Notes under the pieces: generated by a model
What the model saw: the letters and a program-made list of their open reading frames with translations, nothing else
Database searches by the model: none
What the model was told of the DNA's origin: nothing
Position numbers and translations under genes: made by a program
Origin: Rubripirellula sp.
Lineage (GTDB): Bacteria; Planctomycetota; Planctomycetia; Pirellulales; Pirellulaceae
Length of the DNA: 64,000 bases
Reading direction: 5' to 3'
Assembly: GCA_965216875.1 (NCBI GenBank)
Contig: OZ244207.1
Location: 256,001-320,000 of the forward strand
Shown here: positions 55,849-64,000 of the stretch, one piece after another
Layout of the letters: each line of letters opens with the position of its first letter
Numbering within the stretch: position 1 is the stretch's first letter

Positions 55849-58800
55849 CTATCGGAGTCCCAGGTGCGTGAAGACAGCGTCGCCGCCAAAGAAGATCGCA
55901 CTGTTTTTTGTGTGCAGGAAGGGGGCGTAGTCGCCGATGTCAGGGATCGTCGATTCAAAATCGTCAGGTGACTCTCCGTCGTTGTCGACATCGACGGCAA
56001 AGGTAATCGCACTGCCGCTTTTGATGATCGAGATACGATGAGTTCCGGCTTCACGCAACTTGCCGATCTCTTGGACACTGTTGCGATCGAGTCTTCCGTC
56101 GGCGCCTGTCTTGCCGATATTGACTGAGCCGTCACCCTGGAAATGATCGGGCGGATTGATGCGCAGACGCACGCAACGTTCGACTTCATGAAGCCGGTCG
56201 TAGCTTCCGTCACCGATGCCGATAAAGATCGGTCGATCGAGCGGCTGACGCGCCGATCCAGGTGGTACCGTAAGGACGAGGTCAAAGTGGAAATCGCCGC
56301 GCAGGAAGTCGGCGCGTCGCGACCGGACCACCGCTTGTGGTTTGACGACAAGTCCGTCCTTGCCCAGCATTGCGTTGGCAAAGTTGAAACCGGTTGTGCG
56401 GCGACCAATCGGTTTCACCCCGAGTGGCAGGGCCGCGATCGGTGCTCGGGCGGCGGGCGGTTTGGCTGCTGGTGCGACAACCGCTGCGCCTTGATTGAGT
56501 CGAAGACGATTGAAGGTGCCGCCACCACCAAAGAAGAGGTGGCTGTTTTTGGAATGCAGGAAAGGAGCAAAGTCCTCAATGTCTGGAATCGTTCTTTCCA
56601 GGTCGTCGGGGCCGTCGCCGTCGTTGTCGATATCAATCTTGAAGGTCACCGACTTGCCTTCCTTGGTGATGATGGCTCGGTGAGTTCCAGCGTTGGGGAT
56701 CCTGCCCATGCCTTCGCCGCCAACACCGGTTTTGGAAAGAGCGACTTCACCTTTGTGTGTGACAGGTGGATGGATTCGCAAGTTCACACTGGATGCAGGT
56801 TCCTTGTAGGAGCCGCGGCCGCGACCTTCACCAAGCCCAACGAACATGATCGAGTCGTCTTTGGTGATTGTAAAAACGATTTCGAAGGTGAAATCTTTGG
56901 CAAGGAAGTCGCCCTTTTTCGTTCGCACATATTGATCGCGACCGATGTTGTAGAGTCCGTCTTTGTTGGCCAGCACACGAGTCGCTTCCAAAAACGAGGG
57001 GTAGCGCGAACGCCCGCCAAAATTGAACCAGCGGCCTCCGCCTTCTGCGATGCCGCCACCAATCGCCGGTGCGCCGCCGATGGCCGGGACGCCGCCGGCA
57101 CCAATCCGCGGAGCGACTCGGTGAGTCGGGCGCATGTACGACCCCAGCGACAGCGGACCAACGAGAGATCCAAACGCACTTTCAAACGCGTCTCGCTTGA
57201 TCGTGCCGCCCGGCAATCGCAAGGTGCCGATCAATCGCTGAAGATCGAGACGCCCTTGGATGCGGCCCAGGAGTTTGGTACGCGTCATGCCGAGTTCGGC
57301 GGCAGCGAGTGATGCGTCGAGTTCATCTTCGAATCTTGCCGCCATGTTGAACACGGGTTCGCCCGTCACCGAAGTACGCCGAATGCCAAGCTCGGCCATC
57401 GCCTCGGTGAAACGGCGAGTGTCCTTTTCGAATGCGTCGTCGAGCACGGATTGGTCAGGATAGATCGCCTTGATGGTTTCCAAGTTGTCTCGGAACGCGG
57501 GTGAGTTGACCAAGACGTTGCGGCGAACTTCGTCGTCTTTCGCGATCAGCCCCGCCGAGTGACATCGCATGCAGGAGAGACCATTGACGACCGAACCGTC
57601 GGCCTGGCTTGGATCTTTGACAATCGATGTGGGCGCTTTGTCGAGCCGCGTCCCTGCTGCGTCAGCCAAGTAGTATGCCTGCAATCCATTGGGCAAGTTA
57701 AAAATGATCTCGCCACCATCGGCTGCGAATTGCAGCGGGTTGGAAAAGAAATTCTTGTCACCGGCTGCTCCTGCGAAGTCGTACGAAACCCAACATGCGC
57801 CGTCGGACGTTTCATGACGCTCGATGATTCGTGGGTGGACGGAGATGCCCGATTCATTGAATCCCGCACGCGCCACACGTTCCTGACGAACATCTTGCGC
57901 GAAATCAATCTTGAGTAGACGCTGAAGCTGGGACGACGTTTCGGGCAAGCCGAGCACGGCGTGGTAGAGCGGCGGGCGCGATGCAACCGCGACGAACCAA
58001 TCACCACGTACAAATGGCAGCGAACTTCGTGTTTCTGAAGTCACGCGTTGGAAATCGGGTCCAGAGGCACGAATTGCATAGGGATAGAGCGACCGAATGG
58101 CGATCCAAGTCTCGGTACTCCAACGAAGGTCGCGAATGTCGATGCGGAAGATCGTTGCCGCGGGATCGATCGGCCGCGGATGAACAAGGCGGCGCTCCCA
58201 TGAAAGGCTATTGAGGAGTTTCGCAATCGCTAATCGATACGTTTGCAGTTCATCATTAGAACGTTGCGCGTTGTAAAGATGGGTGATCGTAAAGTACCGC
58301 GTGAAGCGACGATCACGCTCGTTGACCGAATCGAGGTCGATTCGAATCGCCTTCAAGATGTCCGCGTTGCTAATGAACTCGCGTTTCGGTTTGGCGACGG
58401 GGCGGGCCCCGGCGCGGATCCAAGCACGCACGGCAGCGATTTCTTCGGCGGTCGGTCGCGGCTCCGTTCCCTCTGGCGGCATGTCTCCATCGACCATCCG
58501 CTCGAGCATCGGCGAATCCTCGGGGGTTCCCGAAACAACCTTTTCGGTTTCGACGAGCCGTTCCAAGTCGATTGCGTAGTTCATGCCCCCTTCGTTCGAC
58601 CCGCCTTCGCCATGGCACGAGTAGCAGTGCTTGCGAAACACGGTCAAAGCGGCTGCGGTTTCGGGGGCCGCCGATCGCTGTGCGATGAACTGTTGATCCG
58701 CTTCACTCAGCTTTCCGAGCGGCACAGACACGATCGAGCCGTCAGGTCGGCGAAGCCGCGCGACACCCTTTTGGACATCCACCAATTCGGCTTCGATTCG

Positions 58801-58977
58801 ATAGGCTCCGCTTTGGTCGGTCCATTCACGGGCATCGACCCTTGCTGGCGTTACTAGGCAGATCGCGAGCGAAACGAGCAGCAACGTTTGGCCAGTGGAG
58901 GCTGGCAAACTGCGGACCAGGGGAATACAGGCGGGCAGGAAACGGGCAGGCAGGAAACGGGGGGGCACACTCTTCAT
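55849..58977 (-). CDS. Exported SHD1 + c-type cytochrome protein with two CxxCH motifs and a duplicated C-terminal domain
   Basis: REWTDQSG...VPLGKLSEADQ (SHD1-like), CYSCH...DMPP, CMRCH, and two ~165-aa C-terminal repeats. Start uncertain. Confidence 0.8.
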   Translation of the reverse strand: MKSVPPRFLPARFLPACIPLVRSLPASTGQTLLLVSLAICLVTPARVDAREWTDQSGAYRIEAELVDVQKGVARLRRPDGSIVSVPLGKLSEADQQFIAQRSAAPETAAALTVFRKHCYSCHGEGGSNEGGMNYAIDLERLVETEKVVSGTPEDSPMLERMVDGDMPPEGTEPRPTAEEIAAVRAWIRAGARPVAKPKREFISNADILKAIRIDLDSVNERDRRFTRYFTITHLYNAQRSNDELQTYRLAIAKLLNSLSWERRLVHPRPIDPAATIFRIDIRDLRWSTETWIAIRSLYPYAIRASGPDFQRVTSETRSSLPFVRGDWFVAVASRPPLYHAVLGLPETSSQLQRLLKIDFAQDVRQERVARAGFNESGISVHPRIIERHETSDGACWVSYDFAGAAGDKNFFSNPLQFAADGGEIIFNLPNGLQAYYLADAAGTRLDKAPTSIVKDPSQADGSVVNGLSCMRCHSAGLIAKDDEVRRNVLVNSPAFRDNLETIKAIYPDQSVLDDAFEKDTRRFTEAMAELGIRRTSVTGEPVFNMAARFEDELDASLAAAELGMTRTKLLGRIQGRLDLQRLIGTLRLPGGTIKRDAFESAFGSLVGPLSLGSYMRPTHRVAPRIGAGGVPAIGGAPAIGGGIAEGGGRWFNFGGRSRYPSFLEATRVLANKDGLYNIGRDQYVRTKKGDFLAKDFTFEIVFTITKDDSIMFVGLGEGRGRGSYKEPASSVNLRIHPPVTHKGEVALSKTGVGGEGMGRIPNAGTHRAIITKEGKSVTFKIDIDNDGDGPDDLERTIPDIEDFAPFLHSKNSHLFFGGGGTFNRLRLNQGAAVVAPAAKPPAARAPIAALPLGVKPIGRRTTGFNFANAMLGKDGLVVKPQAVVRSRRADFLRGDFHFDLVLTVPPGSARQPLDRPIFIGIGDGSYDRLHEVERCVRLRINPPDHFQGDGSVNIGKTGADGRLDRNSVQEIGKLREAGTHRISIIKSGSAITFAVDVDNDGESPDDFESTIPDIGDYAPFLHTKNSAIFFGGDAVFTHLGLR

Positions 58978-59176
58978 AGTCCAAATTGTATCAAGCGACA
59001 CCAGCAATTGCCGGTTCCAGGATTCGTGGTCGGATCCGCTGCCGATAGGACGCGGGGCGATCGGGTGAGTTAGAATGTCTGCGACTTCGAGATGGCGGTG
59101 TTTTGCTTTGACGCGCGCCATGCCGTGGTCGGTTCCCACCTATTGCTGCCACAGTCCTCCCTCGGCATTTGTCCTG

Positions 59177-62100
59177 ATGACGCAACGCCTCTTGGTCTTC
59201 GCCACCGTTGTCTTGTTCTGTTTCGTGAAGCCGTCGCTGTCCGAGACGCTGCGGCACCCCGAATCGCTCGAGCAACAGCTCAAAGCGACCTCGTTGGCAC
59301 GGTTGGTCAAAGAGACTCGGCGGCGCGGCGATCCTCGTCGTGGTGCGTTGGTCTTTTACAAATCAGCCGCTGCCTGCGCATCGTGCCATGCGTCCGGAGA
59401 GGGGGCGACGCCTCTCGGCCCGAATCTGGCTGAACTCGGAAAGGTCACTGACGAGCACGTCATTGATGCTCTGTTGCGTCCGTCCAAGTCGATTCGCGAG
59501 GGCTACGAATCCGTTTCTGTCTTAACGATCGATGGAGATGTCTTGGTTGGCATGAAGGTGGGCCAAAGTGAGGATGCCATCACGCTGCGTCCGGCCGACG
59601 ACCTGACGAAAGACAAAGTGATCGACATGGACGACGTCGAAGCGATTCGCAAAGGTGACAAGTCGTTGATGCCTGAAGGGCTTGTCGCATCGATCGCAGA
59701 CCAACGTGACTTCTACGACTTGGTGGCCTACATCATCGAAGTTGCCGCTGGTGGAAAAAGACGCGCCGCAGAACTCAAGCCCTCCGCCGAAGCATTGGCG
59801 ATCAAAGACGACTCGATTGGTCTTGATCACGCGGGCATCATCAAGAAGCTTAAACAGCGTGATTTTGATGCGGGCAAAGGAATCTACCACGGCTACTGTT
59901 TCAATTGCCACGGCAACGATGGCAACACACCTTCGCTGCCAACGGCGCGTGCATTCGGCACTCAAAAACTCAAGTTTGGAAGTGACCCGTACGCAATGTT
60001 CATGACGCTCACGCGCGGCAATGGCTTGATGTCGCCCATGTCCCATTTGACACCCAAGGAGCGTTACCAAGTCGTTCACTACATTCGTGAGCGGTTCATG
60101 AAACCGTCCAATCCGGACTACGTCAAAGTCACCAAGGGCTACTTGGCCAAGCTTCCAGAGGGTACCAAAGATGGCACCGAGCAAGATCTGACGCCGCGTG
60201 ACTATGGACCTGTCCTTGCATCACAGCTGAGGCGTGAATTCAGTAGCGTTCTGACAGCGCGACTTGACGGAATCTCCCTCGCCTATGACCTGCACACGAT
60301 GGGTCAGGCTGATGTTTGGGAGGGCGACCTGGACCTGAGTGACACACAACACTACCGGCCGCGCGGTGAAGGGACCGCCGACCCACAAGGAAAAACGATC
60401 AACGGACTTGCGGGGTGGAATTGGGGACACGAGGGAACACTTGACTATCCGAAAGACGATCTCTTGCCTCGAGGTCCGATGCCGACAAAGTGGATGGACT
60501 ACCGAGGCCATTACTTGCATGGCGAACGGTTGGTGCTGAGCTACGCGATCGATGGTCGCGATGTTTTGGAAACGCCCCATCGAGTCGCGGGAGCCGTTGG
60601 CCTTCGCCACTCGCTCCGCATCGGACCAGGTAAGTCCCTTGTCTTAGCCGTCGCTTCACCGGCGTCAAAGGAACAACTGAATCCGTTCGTGATCAAGGTA
60701 GGACATTCGTCAGCAACGTCGCTCGGTCTCGTCACACTTCGAAGGCATTCGGCGAACCGGGCGCCTGGCCCATTCACTGCCGCGGGAGCGGTGGGTGATG
60801 TGTCGGGCGCAACATTGAAGCTCGACGCCAAACAACGGCTTGTGTTGACAATCCCCGCCGACACGAAACCACGTCAGATCGAATTGATTCGAGGCGTCGG
60901 CGCAAGCGACGCCGACATGGCAGCATTGGTTGACGAGCTCAACTCATACGAGGAGGCTCCGAAGACCAACTTTGCAAAACTCACCTCGGGCGGTCCGCAG
61001 CTTTGGCCCGACGTGTTGAAAACCGTTGGCTACCCAGGGCTCGAACGTGATGGCTATGCACTCGACACGATCACGATTCCTGACGCCACACCCTGGAACA
61101 CCTGGTTTCGCACATCGGCGATCGATTTCTTTCGCGATGGTCGAATGGTGGTGGCGACCCATGGTGGTGACGTTTGGATCGTCTCGGGCGTCGACGACGA
61201 ACTGCTTGACTTGCGTTGGAAACGTTTTGCTGGCGGCTTGTATGAACCGTTCGGAGTGAAAGTCGTTGATGAGACGATCTATGTCACATGTAAAGACCGC
61301 CTGACACGGCTCCACGATTTGAACAACGACGGCGAAGCCGACTTCTACGAAAGTTTTTCTGCGGACGAAGACGTTTCTGTCAATTTCCACGCCTTCAACT
61401 TTGATTTACAGACCGACAACGAAGGCAACTTCTACTATTCCAAGAGTGGCCACGGCACCGATTCCGAGATCCCGGGCGCGGTGATCAAGGTCACGAAAGA
61501 TGGCAAACAACGCGAGATTTTTTGCACCGGATTTCGAACCCCCAATGGAATGGGCAGCTTTCCTGATGGCACCGTCACAGCCAGTGACAATCAAGGTCAG
61601 TGGACGCCAGCGTCCAAAGTGAGCTTGTTGAAAAAAGGTGGCTTTTATGGCTGGGTCAACAACTATTCGATTCCGGGAAAATGGGAACCTGGTGGCGGTT
61701 CGATTGACCTCGATGCAATCGTTCCTCCCGAGACGTTCGATCAGCCACTCGTATGGATGCCACAAGAATTTGACAACTCATCCGGTGGACAAGTCTTTGT
61801 GGATGACAAACGTTTTGGACCGTTGTCGGGACGCATGTTCCACACCAGTTTCGGAAAAGGTTGGCTCTATTACATGATGACCCAACACATTGGTGATGTC
61901 GCACAATCGGCAATCATCAAATTGCCTTTGAACTTCAGCACCGGCATCATGCGCGCTCGGGTCAATCCGGCGGACGGTCAAGTTTATGCAACCGGGCTGC
62001 AAGGTTGGAACGGTGGAGGTCGCGTCGGGCTTGCTGAAAAAGGCGTCCAACGTGTTCGCTATACCGGTCGCCAGCACCATCTCGTTCGTGATTGCCTGGT

Positions 62101-62437
62101 CGAAAGTGATGGTCTGAGACTTGCGTTCAACTTTGAGCTCGACCCCGATGTGGCGACCAACCTGAAGTCCTACGACGTCCGGCACTGGAATTACCACTGG
62201 GAAAAGTCATACGGAAGCGACCAGTATTCGCCAACGACCGACAAGCCGGGGCCCGAGGCAATGAATGTGACTTCGGTCACGCTTGGTGCCGATGGCAAGA
62301 GTGTGAAATTGAACATCCCCGACCTCAAACCCGTCAATCAAGTTCACCTTTTGTTGAAGGTGTGGGCCAAAGATGGCACCGGATTTGAGGAAGAAATCTA
62401 TTGGACAATCAATCGGGTTCCGTCCCGATCGCCGTGA
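59177..62437 (+). CDS. Exported haem-binding DUF6797-type protein with two CxxCH motifs and a beta-propeller region
   Basis: GDPRRG...CASCH...GPNL...SLMPEGL (PVC haem domain), CFNCHG, GLYEPFG, GFRTPNG, DNQGQW. Confidence 0.8.
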   Translation: MTQRLLVFATVVLFCFVKPSLSETLRHPESLEQQLKATSLARLVKETRRRGDPRRGALVFYKSAAACASCHASGEGATPLGPNLAELGKVTDEHVIDALLRPSKSIREGYESVSVLTIDGDVLVGMKVGQSEDAITLRPADDLTKDKVIDMDDVEAIRKGDKSLMPEGLVASIADQRDFYDLVAYIIEVAAGGKRRAAELKPSAEALAIKDDSIGLDHAGIIKKLKQRDFDAGKGIYHGYCFNCHGNDGNTPSLPTARAFGTQKLKFGSDPYAMFMTLTRGNGLMSPMSHLTPKERYQVVHYIRERFMKPSNPDYVKVTKGYLAKLPEGTKDGTEQDLTPRDYGPVLASQLRREFSSVLTARLDGISLAYDLHTMGQADVWEGDLDLSDTQHYRPRGEGTADPQGKTINGLAGWNWGHEGTLDYPKDDLLPRGPMPTKWMDYRGHYLHGERLVLSYAIDGRDVLETPHRVAGAVGLRHSLRIGPGKSLVLAVASPASKEQLNPFVIKVGHSSATSLGLVTLRRHSANRAPGPFTAAGAVGDVSGATLKLDAKQRLVLTIPADTKPRQIELIRGVGASDADMAALVDELNSYEEAPKTNFAKLTSGGPQLWPDVLKTVGYPGLERDGYALDTITIPDATPWNTWFRTSAIDFFRDGRMVVATHGGDVWIVSGVDDELLDLRWKRFAGGLYEPFGVKVVDETIYVTCKDRLTRLHDLNNDGEADFYESFSADEDVSVNFHAFNFDLQTDNEGNFYYSKSGHGTDSEIPGAVIKVTKDGKQREIFCTGFRTPNGMGSFPDGTVTASDNQGQWTPASKVSLLKKGGFYGWVNNYSIPGKWEPGGGSIDLDAIVPPETFDQPLVWMPQEFDNSSGGQVFVDDKRFGPLSGRMFHTSFGKGWLYYMMTQHIGDVAQSAIIKLPLNFSTGIMRARVNPADGQVYATGLQGWNGGGRVGLAEKGVQRVRYTGRQHHLVRDCLVESDGLRLAFNFELDPDVATNLKSYDVRHWNYHWEKSYGSDQYSPTTDKPGPEAMNVTSVTLGADGKSVKLNIPDLKPVNQVHLLLKVWAKDGTGFEEEIYWTINRVPSRSP

Positions 62438-62498
62438 CCAAACGTGTCAACGCGGCCGGCTACCTTCGTTCTTCGTCTCCCATCAACAGAGGTGAAGC

Positions 62499-62738
62499 AT
62501 GTCGAAGGATTCACGCCAGCACCACAGCGAACGAGATTTTGAGCCGATTATCGAGGGGTGGCTGATCCATCGGATCGATACGGATTGCCGCGAGCGATAT
62601 CTGCAGATCGCAACCGGCCAGTGGTGCCCCGATGTCTACGCAACGCTTTTTCCAGTCCAATCCGCGGCCAAAATCTACGCAGATGAATTTGGTTACGAAG
62701 TCGGGGTCGATGTAGAAATCGTTCGATTTCAGTTTTGA
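62499..62738 (+). CDS. Small hypothetical protein (79 aa)
   Basis: GAGGTG ribosome-binding site upstream of the ATG. It fills the gap between two co-oriented genes. Confidence 0.6.
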   Translation: MSKDSRQHHSERDFEPIIEGWLIHRIDTDCRERYLQIATGQWCPDVYATLFPVQSAAKIYADEFGYEVGVDVEIVRFQF

Positions 62739-62887
62739 CATTGGCTCCTGCGCCCTTTTAGGTGCGTGACGACAATCGAGCAGCCGACTACAATCTGGAG
62801 TCCCACCTTTCGCTTCGAGTGAAAGCGGCGTCGACGCTCGATGCCGCCCAAGAAATCATCTTCCGGTTGATCGAAAGAAACCTCTCC

Positions 62888-64000
62888 ATGCCGATTCGCA
62901 TCGCGCTGTTCCTTTTTGCATTCGTTCCCAGCCTGCTTGCGCCCTGCCTTGTAGCCAACCTGATTGCGGCCGAGCCGAGTTCGGTTTCCGACACGCAAGG
63001 TTCGTCCGATGCACCTGCCGGCCACAGCTATCATGGCGAAGCGTTCAACGAAGGACCGCGGCAAGCTGCTGAATTGATCGAGGGGATGGCAGACATTGAC
63101 TTTCCGACGTCAGCCAAGAACGAGCGGACGCAACAGTTTATCGAGCAAGGGATCTCACAGCTTCACGGCTTTTGGTATCTCGAAGCCGAACGATCGTTTC
63201 GCCAAGCGGCCAAAGAAGAACCGGAACTTGCGATCGCTTATTGGGGTATGGCGATGGCCAATGCCAACAACGACGAGCGTGCGCGCGGTCTGATCGACAA
63301 GGCGATGGAACTTCGTGAAAAGAACGCCTCCAAGCGAGAGAAACTCTACATCGAGGCGCTCGATCGGTTCGTTCCCAAGCCCAAGAAAAAAGATGATCAA
63401 GATTCGGAAAAGAAGGAACTGACCGATGATGAAAAACGCGAGCAAAAGAAGAAGCAAGCCGAACGCTTTCTTTCAGACCTCGAAAAAATCCTGCACGAGT
63501 TCCCCGAAGACACCGAAGCACGCGCTTTCATTGCCGTGCATCTTTGGATGTTCGAACGGCGCGGTGTCAAAATTGCCAGCCGATATGCGGCGAACGCATT
63601 GATTGGCGAGGTCTTTGCCGAAAATGAATTGCACCCCGCTCATCACTATCGCATTCACCTATGGGACGGTTCACGCCCCGAGAATGCACTCAAGTCGGCC
63701 GCACTGTGTGGTCCGTCGAGTCCCGGGATTGCCCATATGTGGCACATGCCCGGCCACATCTATTCACGTTTGAAGCGTTATTCCGACGCAGCTTGGCAAC
63801 AAGAAGCATCGGCGCGTGTCGATCACGCTCACATGATTCGTGCGCGGCTGATTCCCGATCAAATCCACAACTACGCGCACAACAACGAGTGGCTGACTCG
63901 GAACCTGATTCACGTTGGACGCGTCCACGATGCTCTTGAGCAATCCCGTAACCTCGTTTCGTTGCCGCGACATCCGAAGTACAACACGCTCGACAAACGG
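62888..64000 (+). CDS. Exported TPR-like protein (3'-truncated by window edge; absent from the ORF track)
   Basis: Frame from ATG 62888 reads MPIRIALFLFAF...GHSYHGEAFNEGPRQ...QLHGFWYLEAERSF...HPAHHYRIH...HMWHMPGHIY...YAHNNEW and runs off the window. Confidence 0.85.
   Translation, partial: MPIRIALFLFAFVPSLLAPCLVANLIAAEPSSVSDTQGSSDAPAGHSYHGEAFNEGPRQAAELIEGMADIDFPTSAKNERTQQFIEQGISQLHGFWYLEAERSFRQAAKEEPELAIAYWGMAMANANNDERARGLIDKAMELREKNASKREKLYIEALDRFVPKPKKKDDQDSEKKELTDDEKREQKKKQAERFLSDLEKILHEFPEDTEARAFIAVHLWMFERRGVKIASRYAANALIGEVFAENELHPAHHYRIHLWDGSRPENALKSAALCGPSSPGIAHMWHMPGHIYSRLKRYSDAAWQQEASARVDHAHMIRARLIPDQIHNYAHNNEWLTRNLIHVGRVHDALEQSRNLVSLPRHPKYNTLDKR

Noticed and set aside
56143..57312. 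389-aa ORF on the + strand
   Set aside because: It is the antisense shadow of the SHD1/cytochrome gene, typical of high-GC codon usage.
1..64000. Transposase, integrase, prophage, rRNA or tRNA genes
   Set aside because: No DDE, HUH or recombinase motifs were seen in the ORFs and no cloverleaf or rRNA signature was seen in the spacers. This was checked by eye only.

Overview
GC-rich bacterial chromosomal segment. It is most likely from a planctomycete of the Pirellulaceae type; this is inferred from an LEPRxLL-motif giant protein, SHD1 and DUF6797-type haem proteins, a WD40 receptor kinase, a sulfatase and scattered housekeeping genes. The window holds about 44 CDS. Among them are hisF, purH, trpC and msrB, a GT-C/GT2/flavoprotein glycosylation cassette, and a TetR-MFP-RND efflux operon with a clear palindromic operator. 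Several families of GTAG-type REP-like repeats fill the intergenic spaces. I found no rRNA, tRNA, CRISPR array or transposase. The best candidates for undescribed systems are: (1) a tightly coupled five-gene operon at 39748-44324 (membrane desaturase, AUR1/PAP2-like phosphotransferase, BtaA-like DUF3419 aminocarboxypropyl transferase, GNAT-like acyltransferase, haem-oxygenase-like diiron enzyme) that looks like a pathway to an unknown aminolipid or lipid-derived metabolite; (2) directly after it, two head-to-head ~121-bp tandem arrays built from the same dimeric GGRCARAAARATG motif; (3) a divergent HPPD-like dioxygenase followed by a B12-radical SAM gene. All family assignments come from motifs recognised by eye, not from database searches.
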